Below are positions 1 to 10,094 of a DNA stretch of 64,000 nt, one piece after another (the first letter of the stretch is position 1; each line of letters starts with the position of its first letter). Source of the DNA: Candidatus Methanoperedens sp. (GTDB lineage Bacteria > Patescibacteriota > Microgenomatia > UBA12405); contig DATMWB010000003.1 of the NCBI GenBank assembly GCA_035562735.1, positions 44,232 through 108,231 of the forward strand, in the 5' to 3' direction. A model generated the notes under the pieces. The model searched no databases, was not told where the DNA came from, and saw only the letters and a list, made by a program, of their open reading frames with translations. Both the position numbers and the translations under genes were made by a program.

Positions 1-2
1 TT

Positions 3-95
3 CAGTATGGAAAAATGGGATGTTATGACGATGCTTATGGAATCCTTTCAAACGTTATGTGTACTGAGCCTGATAAATTTCAACCAAAAAAGTAA
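3..95 (+). CDS. 3' end of an upstream gene (partial, unknown)
   Basis: Open frame QYGKMGCYDDAYGILSNVMCTEPDKFQPKK ending TAA at 93-95, just before the rpsO promoter. Confidence 0.3.
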   Translation, partial: QYGKMGCYDDAYGILSNVMCTEPDKFQPKK

Positions 96-100
96 TTTTG

Positions 101-109
101 TGCTATAAT
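101..109 (+). promoter_or_regulatory. extended -10 promoter for rpsO-pnp
   Basis: TGCTATAAT about 80 nt upstream of the rpsO ATG. Confidence 0.6.
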
Positions 110-188
110 CCTTTCCTGACTATTAAATCGGTTTTTTGGGAGCCATTCCAAAATATTATAAATTACCGACAAATAGCCAAATAATTAC

Positions 189-458
189 ATGGCATTAACT
201 ACCGAAGAAAAAAGCGAGATTATCTCAAAATACGCCCAAGCTAAGGGTGATACAGGTTCTCCAGAAATCCAAGTTGCGATTCTTTCAAAAGAAATTGAAA
301 AACTCCAAGGTCATCTAGGTGAAAACAAGCACGATTCCCCCGCCAAAAGAGGTTTATTAAGTAAACTCGCCAAACGTCGACGTTTGCTTCGATATCTCTC
401 TATTCACAATGAAGAGCGATATAGCAAGATTGTTAAGGGCCTAAACCTTAAGAAATAA
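189..458 (+). CDS. rpsO: 30S ribosomal protein S15
   Basis: DTGSPEIQVAIL, KHD..KRGLL...KRRRLLRYL motifs; upstream of pnp. Confidence 0.98.
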   Translation: MALTTEEKSEIISKYAQAKGDTGSPEIQVAILSKEIEKLQGHLGENKHDSPAKRGLLSKLAKRRRLLRYLSIHNEERYSKIVKGLNLKK

Positions 459-504
459 GTGTCTCGTATTACTCTATAATCAATTTATATTTATTTAATT
501 CATC

Positions 505-2730
505 ATGGCAAAAAATTCTGTCGATATCGTTATTGGTAACAAAAAAATTACACTTACAACTGGTCAATTGGCCCCTCAGGCCAACGCAGCTGTTACGGCC
601 CAAATGGGTAAGACAGTTGTTTTAGCCACTGTTGTCTTAGGAAAAGTTGATAAAACCAAGGATTATTTTCCCCTTTCTGTTGAATTTGCCGACAAACTTT
701 ATGCTGGTGGTTTAATCAAAGGTGGTAAATGGATAAAGCGTGAAGGCGGCCCTTCCGATACTGCCATTCTTTTTGGTCGAATCATTGACCGCTCAATTCG
801 TCCTTTATTTTCCTCTGATTTTAAATATGAAGTTCAAGTTATTGCCACAGTTTTAAGTAATGACAAAGAAAACGATGTCGTTATTCCCGCATTTACTGCT
901 GTTTCTGCTGCCTTGATGCTCTCAGATATTCCTTTTAATGGTCCAGTTTCTATTGTTCGTGTTGGTACAAATGAAGGTGAGTTAACCGTCTTCCCCACGA
1001 TTTCAGAGCTTCAAAAATCCACCTTAGATCTTCTTGTCTGTAAAGACTCTGAAGGTATCAATATGATTGAGGCTGATGCCAATATTGTCGACAACGACAC
1101 TGTTTTAAAAGCCATGCAGCTTGGTTTTGATACTGGTACTGAAATTAATGCTCAATTATCTGATTTTGCTAAAAAGTACGGCAAAAAGAAAGTTGATTAT
1201 CAACCACTATCTCCCTCAAAGGAATTAATTGCTGAAGTTGAAACTTTGGTAAAAAAAGAGCTAACCCAATTCATGATGGATGGTGTTGACGGGGCTCACA
1301 TAGCTGCCGAAGATAAAATAAAAGAAAAAGTTAAAGAGGCTTTTGAAGCCAAAATTAAAGCTGAAGAAGTTGAGGAAAATCAAGTCATTGAATCTGTTGA
1401 TCTACTCGTGCGTCAATATTTGCGAGAAGCTACTCTAAAAGGTACCCGTTATGACAAAAGAACTTTTGATGAAATTCGACCTTTAGAAATCGAGACGGGA
1501 GTTCTTCCTGTCACCCATGGTTCCGCCCTTTTTCAACGTGGTTTAACTCAAGCCTTGACAATTACTACTCTCGGTTCTCTAGCCGAACAGCAATATCTTC
1601 AAGATTCAAACGGAGAAATCACCAAAAGATATCTTCACTATTATTCTGCCGCTCCTTTTTCCACAGGTCAAACTGGTCGCTTTGGTCGTCCTGGAAGACG
1701 CGAAGTTGGACACGGTGCTCTTGCTGAAAAGGCCTTAGTTCCGGTCATTCCATCAATTGAAGAATTTCCTTATACCATTACTTTAACCTCTGAAGTTATG
1801 TCACAAAATGGTTCTTCATCCATGGCTTCTACCTGCGGTTCCACTCTTTCTCTTATGGACGCTGGTGTTCCCATAAAGGACAAAGTCGCTGGCATTTCTA
1901 TTGGTATGGTTTCCGATGATAATGGTAAATATGTTTTATTAACTGATATAGCTGGTATCGAAGACCACTGTGGTGATATGGATTTCAAAATTACTGGTAC
2001 TCGTAGTGGTATTACTGCAATTCAACTCGATATCAAAAGAATGGGTCTTTCCATGCAAATGATAAACGACACCTTTGTCGCTTCGACCAAGGCTCGTCTC
2101 CAAATTTTGGACAAAATTGATTCTGTTATGCCCGCTCCACGAGCCCAATTATCCGAATACGCTCCAAAAATAAAAATGGTTACTCTTCCAGAAGATAAAA
2201 TCGGAGAGGTTATTGGCTCTGGTGGAAAAACTATCAAAGCCTTAATGGAAAAATTTGCTGTTCAAATTGATATTGACGACGATGGACGTGCTTCAATTTG
2301 CGCCATAGATCAAGCTAAAATTGATGCTTGTGCCTACGAAATTGAATGTATGATTAAAGATGTTCAAATTGGTGAAGATTACGAAGGCATTGTCACTCGT
2401 GTTGAAAATTATGGCGCCTTTGTTGAATTCCTCCCCGGTCGTGAAGCTTTACTTCACGTTTCTGAAATGAGTGGGGGATTCCTAAGTGACCCTTCTTCCA
2501 TTATCAAAGTCGGTGACAAATTAAATGTCAAAATCTCCGGATTTAACGATAATCATCAAATAAAATTAAGCTCACCAGAATTTAAAGCAGCACACCCCGG
2601 AGTTCCTCGAGATCCTTCTGAAGCTCCTCGTGCTCCCATGGGTTCACGTCCTCCATTCAGAAATTTTGGTAGCCCAAGCGGTGGTCAAAATCGCTCTTCC
2701 TTTGGAGATCGAAATCGCCGAGGAAGATAA
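505..2730 (+). CDS. pnp: polyribonucleotide nucleotidyltransferase (PNPase)
   Basis: FPLSVEF, RREVGHG, NGSSSMAS, GDMDFK, KH (IGEVIGSGGK) and S1 domains. Confidence 0.98.
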   Translation: MAKNSVDIVIGNKKITLTTGQLAPQANAAVTAQMGKTVVLATVVLGKVDKTKDYFPLSVEFADKLYAGGLIKGGKWIKREGGPSDTAILFGRIIDRSIRPLFSSDFKYEVQVIATVLSNDKENDVVIPAFTAVSAALMLSDIPFNGPVSIVRVGTNEGELTVFPTISELQKSTLDLLVCKDSEGINMIEADANIVDNDTVLKAMQLGFDTGTEINAQLSDFAKKYGKKKVDYQPLSPSKELIAEVETLVKKELTQFMMDGVDGAHIAAEDKIKEKVKEAFEAKIKAEEVEENQVIESVDLLVRQYLREATLKGTRYDKRTFDEIRPLEIETGVLPVTHGSALFQRGLTQALTITTLGSLAEQQYLQDSNGEITKRYLHYYSAAPFSTGQTGRFGRPGRREVGHGALAEKALVPVIPSIEEFPYTITLTSEVMSQNGSSSMASTCGSTLSLMDAGVPIKDKVAGISIGMVSDDNGKYVLLTDIAGIEDHCGDMDFKITGTRSGITAIQLDIKRMGLSMQMINDTFVASTKARLQILDKIDSVMPAPRAQLSEYAPKIKMVTLPEDKIGEVIGSGGKTIKALMEKFAVQIDIDDDGRASICAIDQAKIDACAYEIECMIKDVQIGEDYEGIVTRVENYGAFVEFLPGREALLHVSEMSGGFLSDPSSIIKVGDKLNVKISGFNDNHQIKLSSPEFKAAHPGVPRDPSEAPRAPMGSRPPFRNFGSPSGGQNRSSFGDRNRRGR

Positions 2731-2750
2731 AATTCCTGTATACTTTTCTT

Positions 2751-3806
2751 GTGGATTCGACACTAACTATTTCTGATGCCATTGCCAAATTAAAAGCCAA
2801 AAGTGGAGGTGTCAATTTACCTGATGGCTTGGAAGCCAAGCTTGAGGAAATGTTTGCCCAACTTGAGGTAAATTCTCACTCTGAAACTACCTTCTGGACT
2901 TATTACCAAACAGCCTCAAAATACATTGATTGGATAATTTCTCTTCCTTGGAACAATCGATCCCAAGATATTTTAGATCTTCGTTTTGCCAGCGAGAAAC
3001 TCAACGAAAATCATTTTGGTCTTGATGATGTCAAAGAAAGAATTTTAGAATACATTTCTGTTTTGGCTCTCCAAAAAAATCGTAATCCTGATGTCAGTTT
3101 TCGTGCTCCTATTTTGCTTTTTACTGGTCTAGTCGGTACTGGAAAAACCACCATGGCCAAATCAATTGCTGATGTCATGGGGAGAAAACTTATCCGTATT
3201 CCCTTTGGTGGTTTAGGTGATCCCTTGTATTTACGTGGCCAAAGTCGTCTTCACCCAGAAGCAGAACCGGGTGCTATTATTAGAGCTTTATCTCAGTGTC
3301 AAACAAGAAACCCAGTTATTTTACTAGATGAAATAGATCGTGTCGCTGACGATGCTCTAAATACAATTATGGGTGTTCTAGTTGAATTACTTGATCCAGA
3401 GCAAAATGCCCACTTTACTGATCATTATATTGATTATCCCTTCGATTTATCCGAAGCATTTTTCGTTGCTACATGTAACAATACAACCCGTATAGCTACG
3501 GCAGTTATGGATCGTCTTGAAGTCATTCAGATGCCATCATATACCGATGAAGAAAAAATCGCTATTGGACAAGACTATATTTTCCCAAAAGCCTTAAAAG
3601 ATTCTGGATTAACCCCCGACGAATTAATAATCAAGGAAAATGTTTGGCTTGGAGTTGTGAGACCATTGGGTTTTGACGCTGGTGTAAGAACTTTAAAAAG
3701 AAATATTGAAGGACTCTGTCGAAAAGCTGCTGCCATGGTTCTTGCTGGTACAAAGCAGGTTGTAATCGATGAAACTAACATTAAAAAATTTATACCCCAG
3801 TGGTAA
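2751..3806 (+). CDS. Lon-like AAA+ ATPase lacking the protease domain
   Basis: DWIISLPW, HFGLDDVKERILEY, Walker A GLVGTGKT, NPVILLDEID, LLDPEQNAHFTDHY, GVRTLKR; ends before the Ser-Lys protease domain. Confidence 0.85.
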   Translation: MDSTLTISDAIAKLKAKSGGVNLPDGLEAKLEEMFAQLEVNSHSETTFWTYYQTASKYIDWIISLPWNNRSQDILDLRFASEKLNENHFGLDDVKERILEYISVLALQKNRNPDVSFRAPILLFTGLVGTGKTTMAKSIADVMGRKLIRIPFGGLGDPLYLRGQSRLHPEAEPGAIIRALSQCQTRNPVILLDEIDRVADDALNTIMGVLVELLDPEQNAHFTDHYIDYPFDLSEAFFVATCNNTTRIATAVMDRLEVIQMPSYTDEEKIAIGQDYIFPKALKDSGLTPDELIIKENVWLGVVRPLGFDAGVRTLKRNIEGLCRKAAAMVLAGTKQVVIDETNIKKFIPQW

Positions 3807-3810
3807 AAAT

Positions 3811-4248
3811 ATGAAAAATACAATCATTGGTCTTATTTTAGGTTTAATTATCGCCATGTGGGCATTTTATTTGTATACCCAAAAACCAAAAATAACCACA
3901 TCATTACCTCCGGCTACACCCACAACTGCAGAAATTTCGGAGATCCCGGAAAATGTAATATCTGATGACGATTTAATTAGACAAGCCCTTGCGGACAAAT
4001 ATAACAAGGACCTTTCTGACGTCACTTATACATCTTCACAAAATGATGGTACTCACGCCTCAGGCGGTGTCAAGTTTTCTGGAGACATTGCTGGTGCTTG
4101 GGTGTTAGCCGCTAAAGATGATGGAGTCTGGAAAATTGTCCAAGATGGCAACGGTGTAATAATGTGCGAAATTGTTGCCCCATATGACTTTCCTGTTTCA
4201 ATGGTTGCCGAGTGTGTTGATAAAAACGGTAAACTCATAAAATATTAA
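3811..4248 (+). CDS. membrane-anchored hypothetical protein
   Basis: ATG 3811 right after the preceding stop; N-terminal TM helix, Pro/Thr linker, Cys pair near C-terminus. Confidence 0.75.
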   Translation: MKNTIIGLILGLIIAMWAFYLYTQKPKITTSLPPATPTTAEISEIPENVISDDDLIRQALADKYNKDLSDVTYTSSQNDGTHASGGVKFSGDIAGAWVLAAKDDGVWKIVQDGNGVIMCEIVAPYDFPVSMVAECVDKNGKLIKY

Positions 4249-4250
4249 TT

Positions 4251-5165
4251 ATGAACAAAAAGGAAATTTATCTTTCACTTACACTGTTGGCCTTGGCTTT
4301 TGTCATCCTACTAACTACCCTTCTACCTTATCATCGGGAAAACCCAACCCCCAGTCCGAGTATTATTTCCCAACCGAGTGCTATACCCACCCCTTCCTTT
4401 TCTCCCATTATTATCTTATCCCCAAATATTTCAAAGCCATTAACCTCACCCCTCAAATTAATTGGTCTGATTGACAAAAGTTGGGTTTTTGAGGGATCTT
4501 TTCCCATAGAGCTTCTTGATAATCAAAATAAAAGCTTATTCAAAAGTACTGCTTCGGCTCCAAACTGGTTAGAGGAAGAATCAAAATACACCAGCTTTAT
4601 GGCTGTATTTAATTTTGTCACTTATAGTCCAAGTGGATTTGTCCAAGTGAAAAATTCTAATCCCAGTGGCCTTCCAGAAAACGACAAAAGAGTCACTATT
4701 CCGGTGACTTTCGATTCTACTTCAGTTACAAAAACAGGTTTAAAAACTTATAAAAACAATCAATATGGTTTTGAATTTGAAATACCAATAGACTGGGAAG
4801 CAAAAGAGAAACCACCATATCATACTTATTTTGGAAAAATAGGGGAAAGTTATTATAATGAGGGTTCAGTTTCAGATGGTGAAATTGTTATTTCAGTTGA
4901 GAAAAAAAATCCAAACGAAAATCTAGAAACAATTTTTAAGTCATACTACGATGGATTTTTAAAAAATTCAGATACAACTATTCAGAAAATTAAATTAGGA
5001 GGAATCGATGCTGGCTATTTTGATTATTTTGACGAGACTGCTTTTACCATCAAAGATAATTATAGAATTACAATCCAAGTCACTGCATATCCCCAAATAG
5101 ATCCCAGTGTTTATTCAAAAGATATTTTTCAACAAATTCTTTCAACTTTTAAATTTACAAAATAA
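4251..5165 (+). CDS. surface protein, Gmad2 Ig-like domain plus PsbP-like domain
   Basis: N-terminal TM; WVFEGSFPIELLD...NPSGLPEN; KTYKNNQYGFEFEIP...FQQILSTFKF. Confidence 0.65.
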   Translation: MNKKEIYLSLTLLALAFVILLTTLLPYHRENPTPSPSIISQPSAIPTPSFSPIIILSPNISKPLTSPLKLIGLIDKSWVFEGSFPIELLDNQNKSLFKSTASAPNWLEEESKYTSFMAVFNFVTYSPSGFVQVKNSNPSGLPENDKRVTIPVTFDSTSVTKTGLKTYKNNQYGFEFEIPIDWEAKEKPPYHTYFGKIGESYYNEGSVSDGEIVISVEKKNPNENLETIFKSYYDGFLKNSDTTIQKIKLGGIDAGYFDYFDETAFTIKDNYRITIQVTAYPQIDPSVYSKDIFQQILSTFKFTK

Positions 5166-5740
5166 TGCCCTTAACAAAAGTTCAACAATTAGAATATATC
5201 GCCCATTTGGTGGGAAAATGTAAGAAGTGCGATTTATATAAAACTGCTACCAATCCGGTTCCCGGTTTTGGTAATCCCAATGCCGATATCGTCTTTATCG
5301 GTGAAGCCCCTGGAGCCCAAGAAGATAAGGAGGGTTTGCCTTTTGTGGGGAATTCAGGTAAACTATTAGACAAGCTTCTGAATACGATAAGTGTGCCTCG
5401 AAAAGACGTTTTTATCTGTAATATATTAAAACATCGCCCTCCAGAGAATCGAGATCCACTTCCACACGAAATGAAAGTCTGTGTTCCTTATTTAAAGGCT
5501 CAATTAAAAATTATAAAACCGAAAATTATCATTACTTTAGGGCGATTTGCAATGAGTTATTTTTTTCCATCTGAATCTATCAGTCGAGTTCATGGTCAAG
5601 TCAGAAAAATAATCTGGCAGGAACTACCGTTAACAATTGTTCCTGTATACCATCCTTCAGCTGGACTCAGAAATGGTGCCATGCTTAAATCATTACAAGA
5701 AGATTTTCTTAGTATAAGCAAATTATTAAAAGACAATTAG
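5165..5740 (+). CDS. uracil-DNA glycosylase, family 4
   Basis: CxxC, GEAPG..ED..G.PFVG, KHRPPENRDP, YHPS. Confidence 0.95.
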   Translation: MPLTKVQQLEYIAHLVGKCKKCDLYKTATNPVPGFGNPNADIVFIGEAPGAQEDKEGLPFVGNSGKLLDKLLNTISVPRKDVFICNILKHRPPENRDPLPHEMKVCVPYLKAQLKIIKPKIIITLGRFAMSYFFPSESISRVHGQVRKIIWQELPLTIVPVYHPSAGLRNGAMLKSLQEDFLSISKLLKDN

Positions 5741-5798
5741 CCAGTTTAACTATTTATCTTTTTTACTATTTATCTATTAAACTATTTATCAAAAAAAT

Positions 5799-7571
5799 AT
5801 GATTAATCAAAAAACATATCAAAAACCAGCTTTAAATCCAGCTCTTCAAAAGGATTTCACGAGGACACCTCATATACAAAATTTATCTAATGGTCAAGAT
5901 GCTGTCCGCATTTCTTCACTAGGCGCTTTTGGAGATGTAACTCAAAACATGTTCGTTTACGAGTTTGCCCCACGAGGGGACTTCTCAAAATCTCAAATCA
6001 TTATCGTCGATTGTGGTGTTGGTTTTCCTGAAGAAGACGCCTTTGGTGTTGATCTTCAAATTCCTGATACAACTTATTTGCTAGACAAAAAAGAACGGAT
6101 ATTGGGAATTTTTATTACCCATGGTCATGAAGACCATATTGGGGCTATTCGTTACGTATTACCAATATTAGGCAACAATATCCCCATCTTTGCTCCAAAA
6201 TTAGCAGCTGCCTTTATTGAATCGCGACTAGCAGAAAACCAAATTCGAGCCTCGGTTTCTGTCTATCAATCTGGAGATATTTTCAACAAAGGTCCTTTTA
6301 CTATCGAACCCATTAGAGTGACCCATTCAATTCCAGACACTCATCATTTTGCAATCACCACTCCAATTGGCGTTTTTTACCACGGATCTGATTTTAAGTT
6401 TGACGTCTTTCCGATTGACAACAAACCTGCAGAACTGAAAAAAATTGCCAATGCCGGTAACAAAAAAGTTATCGCTTTAATGTCTGATTCGCTAGGTGCC
6501 GACCACGAAGGTTATTCTCCGTCTGAACGAGATATTGCTGAAAACTTTAAGCATCAAATAGTCAACGCCAAGGGGCGAGTCTTTGTTACTTCTATTAGTA
6601 GTAATATTGTCCGTTGGGGTCAGGCTATCGAGTATGGAAAATCAACAGGTAGAAAAATTTGTGTTGTTGGTTATTCTGTCGATAAAGCTATCAATATTGC
6701 CAAAGAATTAGGTTATATTAAATTGGCTGATACCGATATGATTGCCCCAGAACGAGCCAAAAATTTCCCCGACAACAAGCTTTTATTTTTAGTTGCCGGT
6801 TTTGCCGGTCAACCCGATTCGGCATTGAGCAAAATGGTTATGGGTAAGCATCGTGTCAAAATAAAATCAGGTGACAAAGTAATCTTTTCCTCTCCAGACT
6901 ATATTCCTGGAACTACCAGTAATATCTACGAAATGATCGATATTCTTTCCAAAATGGGTGCTGATGTTGCCTATGGAGAAAAAGAAGAACTTCATGTCTC
7001 CGGTCATGGTTACCAAAAAGAACACGCCCTTCTGATGACCCTAACTAACCCTCGATATCTATTACCAATTGGTGGTAATTTCCGACATGTAAAAAGCTAT
7101 TTTTCAATGGCCAAAATAATGGGATTTACTGACGACCAATTTATTACCCCAGATTTCGATTCTGCAGTTACCTTTTATGCTAATGGTAAAGTTGATACCA
7201 ATTTTCATATTCCCATGCATAAGGTTCTAATTGATGGTCTTGGAATAGGTGATGTCGGTGCCACAGTTCTTCGCGATAGGAAAACTTTAGCTGAAGATGG
7301 AATGTTTAGTGTAGTTCTAATGGTCAATAAAGAAGATGGCACAATGTTTAAGGAACCAGTAATTCTCTCTCGGGGTTTTGTGTTTATGAAAGAAAACACC
7401 GATCTTATTGATTATCTAAAAGAAGAGGTTAAAAGACGCTTCGGAGAAGTTACTAGCAAGCCTGCCAACTTTGATTATATTAGAACTGAACTTCAGGCCT
7501 ATCTCGAAAACATTATCAAGGAAAAAACTGGTCGCGAACCCATGGTTCTACCACTGGTTATTGAGGTCTAA
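5799..7571 (+). CDS. rnj: ribonuclease J
   Basis: THGHEDHIG, HSIPD, DFKFD, HVSGH, LRDRK.L.EDG, PMVLP. Confidence 0.95.
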   Translation: MINQKTYQKPALNPALQKDFTRTPHIQNLSNGQDAVRISSLGAFGDVTQNMFVYEFAPRGDFSKSQIIIVDCGVGFPEEDAFGVDLQIPDTTYLLDKKERILGIFITHGHEDHIGAIRYVLPILGNNIPIFAPKLAAAFIESRLAENQIRASVSVYQSGDIFNKGPFTIEPIRVTHSIPDTHHFAITTPIGVFYHGSDFKFDVFPIDNKPAELKKIANAGNKKVIALMSDSLGADHEGYSPSERDIAENFKHQIVNAKGRVFVTSISSNIVRWGQAIEYGKSTGRKICVVGYSVDKAINIAKELGYIKLADTDMIAPERAKNFPDNKLLFLVAGFAGQPDSALSKMVMGKHRVKIKSGDKVIFSSPDYIPGTTSNIYEMIDILSKMGADVAYGEKEELHVSGHGYQKEHALLMTLTNPRYLLPIGGNFRHVKSYFSMAKIMGFTDDQFITPDFDSAVTFYANGKVDTNFHIPMHKVLIDGLGIGDVGATVLRDRKTLAEDGMFSVVLMVNKEDGTMFKEPVILSRGFVFMKENTDLIDYLKEEVKRRFGEVTSKPANFDYIRTELQAYLENIIKEKTGREPMVLPLVIEV

Positions 7572-7750
7572 GTTTTTTTTAGATAAACTTATTTTGCCCG
7601 CCTTTGTTTGCGATTTTTTCCCAGACAGGACGGGCATCCTTGTTTTTTAGGTTTAAATTTGGAGTTTGCAACAAATTTATCCTAAAAACACAATCCCGAT
7701 GAGACTTTAGTCGACATCGGGATATCTCCTAAATTTTGGTAAAATATCTC

Positions 7751-8320
7751 ATGAAAATACTTTCAATTTGCGGTTCCCCCCGAAAAGGCAATTCTGAAAC
7801 CATTCTTTTAGAACTCCAAAAACTTTTTAAAGAAAAAGGCGTTGAAAATGAAATAATTTTACTTCGTCAAAAAAATATCAACCGCTGTCATGGTTGTGTT
7901 GAATTTTGCAACCCTGCTGGGCTTTGTTGTCAAAAAGATGATGTAAGTTCTATTATCGATAAAATGGTGGAATCAGACGCCCTAATTATCATCTCCCCAA
8001 ACTATTTTCAAATGCCACCCGGATTGTTAAAAGACTTAATGGACAGGACCTGCGTAATTTTTGCCAGTGCCAAGGACGAGTTATTAAAAAATAAAAAAAT
8101 CGCTGTTATTGCTCTTGGTGCTGAGGAGGCAAAAGAAAGTCAAGTCTGCGCTGAAAATATTGCCAAGTTATATTGTCGCTATATTGGAAAAGTGGTTATA
8201 ACCAAAAGCTTTCAATCCAACAGTGAGCTAAAAGGAAATTTTAACGATATTCTAGAAAATTCTTATAATCCCGACATTAAAGCATCTCTCAATTCCATTG
8301 TAAAAGCTCTGTTAAAATAA
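7751..8320 (+). CDS. flavodoxin-family / iron-sulfur flavoprotein (NADPH-dependent FMN reductase-like)
   Basis: MKILSICGSPRKGNS, CHGCVEFC..C, SPNYF...LKDLMDR; ATG 7751 preferred over TTG 7736. Confidence 0.85.
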   Translation: MKILSICGSPRKGNSETILLELQKLFKEKGVENEIILLRQKNINRCHGCVEFCNPAGLCCQKDDVSSIIDKMVESDALIIISPNYFQMPPGLLKDLMDRTCVIFASAKDELLKNKKIAVIALGAEEAKESQVCAENIAKLYCRYIGKVVITKSFQSNSELKGNFNDILENSYNPDIKASLNSIVKALLK

Positions 8321-8323
8321 GCC

Positions 8324-10030
8324 ATGAAGTACTCACAACTTTTTGGTAAAACAAGCAAGACAGTTTCCAAGGATGCTACCGTCGCCAGTCATCGTCTTCT
8401 TCTTCAGGCTGGTTTCATTCGCCAACTTGCCGCAGGACGATACACCCTCCTTCCTCTCGGTCTAAAAGTATGTAAAAAAATTGAAAATATTATTAGAGAA
8501 GAGGTGGAAAAAACTGGAGCCCAAGAGTTAATTGTCCCTACTCTCCATCCAATTGAATTATGGCAACAAGCTAATCGAGATAAAAAATTTGGTGCTGCCA
8601 TGATGATGGTTAATGACCGTAATCAAGCCCAATTTACTTTAGGTGCTACTGCAGAAGTAATAATGTTGGACTTAGTCAAACAATTTGCCCCAAGCTACAA
8701 GGATTTACCTATAAATATCTACCAATTTTCCCAGAAATTTCGCGACGAAGCTCGTCCTTCTGGAGGTCTTTTACGAACCCGTGAATTTGTCATGAAAGAT
8801 GGTTATTCTTTTCATACAAACGAAGCCGACTTAAAAGAAACTTATCAAAAATATTGGGACGCTTATTTGAATATTGCCCAAAAATTAGATTTAAAAATTA
8901 TTGTTGTTGAATCAGACAATGGTGCTATTGGTGGGGCTGTTTCCCATGAATTTATGGTTGAATCTGAGGTGGGGGAGGACACTATTGCTACTTGTACCTG
9001 TGGATATGCTGCTAATTTGGAAAAAGCCTCCTTTGTCAAAAATTCTATTAATCTTGATGAAGCTGAAAAAGAACTAAGTGAAGTTGAAGCAGTCAGAGGT
9101 ACGACCATGGAAGATGGAGTCAAGTTACACAATTTACCTCTTAACTTACAAATCAAAGATGTGGTCTACGTTGACGAAAAAGGTCGCTTTATTTTGGCCA
9201 TTATCCGAGGTGATTTTATGGTTAATGAAACTAAATTAAAAAATTTAGTTCTTTCAAATGAATTACGCCATGCCACCGAAGAGGAAATCATCAACATTCT
9301 TCATTCTGTCCCTGGCTTTATTTCTCCGGTTGGAATAAGACAAAATATTGACCCCAAATCTGAGTTTATAATTGTTGCCGACGACTCTTTGCGCACTGTA
9401 AAAAACTGTTATGGTGGTTCCAACAAGAAAAATATTGACCTTCTCAATGTAAATATTGACCGTGACTATAAGGCCGATCTAGAAGGTGACATCGCCGCTG
9501 CCTGTGAGGGAGATATCTGTCCCCAGTGTAAATCTCAAAAACTACATTTAATAAAAGCCGTAGAGTTTGGCAATATTTTTAATATCGGCTATGCCTATTC
9601 TGATCCCATGAATGGAAACTACACTGACAAAGATGGTTCCCTAAAAAAGCTTTACATGGGTTCTTACGGAATTGGTATAGGAAGAGCAATGGCAATTGAT
9701 GTGGAAGTGCATCATGATGACACTGGGATAGTATGGCCAAAAAGTTTAGCCCCATATCAAGTTCACTTAATTGGTCTTGATGGTATGGGTGAAGATTTTT
9801 ATCAAGAATTACTTTTAAAGAATATTGATGTCCTTTTTGACGATCGCGATAGTGTTTCCGCTGGCGCAAAATTTGCTGACGCTGATTTAATAGGAATTCC
9901 TATTAGATTGGTTATCAGCAAGAGAAGTCAGGAAAAAGGTGGAATCGAATATAAATTAAGATCCCAAAAAGAGTCAGAAATTATAGACAAAAAAAATCTT
10001 ATCTCAAAAATTACTAATTACTTTAACTAA
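8324..10030 (+). CDS. proS: proline--tRNA ligase (bacterial type with INS editing domain)
   Basis: SHRLLLQAGFI, FRDEARP..GLLR.REF.MKDGY, MGSYGIGIGR, DADLIGIP. Confidence 0.97.
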   Translation: MKYSQLFGKTSKTVSKDATVASHRLLLQAGFIRQLAAGRYTLLPLGLKVCKKIENIIREEVEKTGAQELIVPTLHPIELWQQANRDKKFGAAMMMVNDRNQAQFTLGATAEVIMLDLVKQFAPSYKDLPINIYQFSQKFRDEARPSGGLLRTREFVMKDGYSFHTNEADLKETYQKYWDAYLNIAQKLDLKIIVVESDNGAIGGAVSHEFMVESEVGEDTIATCTCGYAANLEKASFVKNSINLDEAEKELSEVEAVRGTTMEDGVKLHNLPLNLQIKDVVYVDEKGRFILAIIRGDFMVNETKLKNLVLSNELRHATEEEIINILHSVPGFISPVGIRQNIDPKSEFIIVADDSLRTVKNCYGGSNKKNIDLLNVNIDRDYKADLEGDIAAACEGDICPQCKSQKLHLIKAVEFGNIFNIGYAYSDPMNGNYTDKDGSLKKLYMGSYGIGIGRAMAIDVEVHHDDTGIVWPKSLAPYQVHLIGLDGMGEDFYQELLLKNIDVLFDDRDSVSAGAKFADADLIGIPIRLVISKRSQEKGGIEYKLRSQKESEIIDKKNLISKITNYFN

Positions 10031-10094
10031 TTTTCTAGAATCTAGTTTTTGTATCTAGTTTCTAATTTTTTAATTTTTACTCTATACTCTTCTT

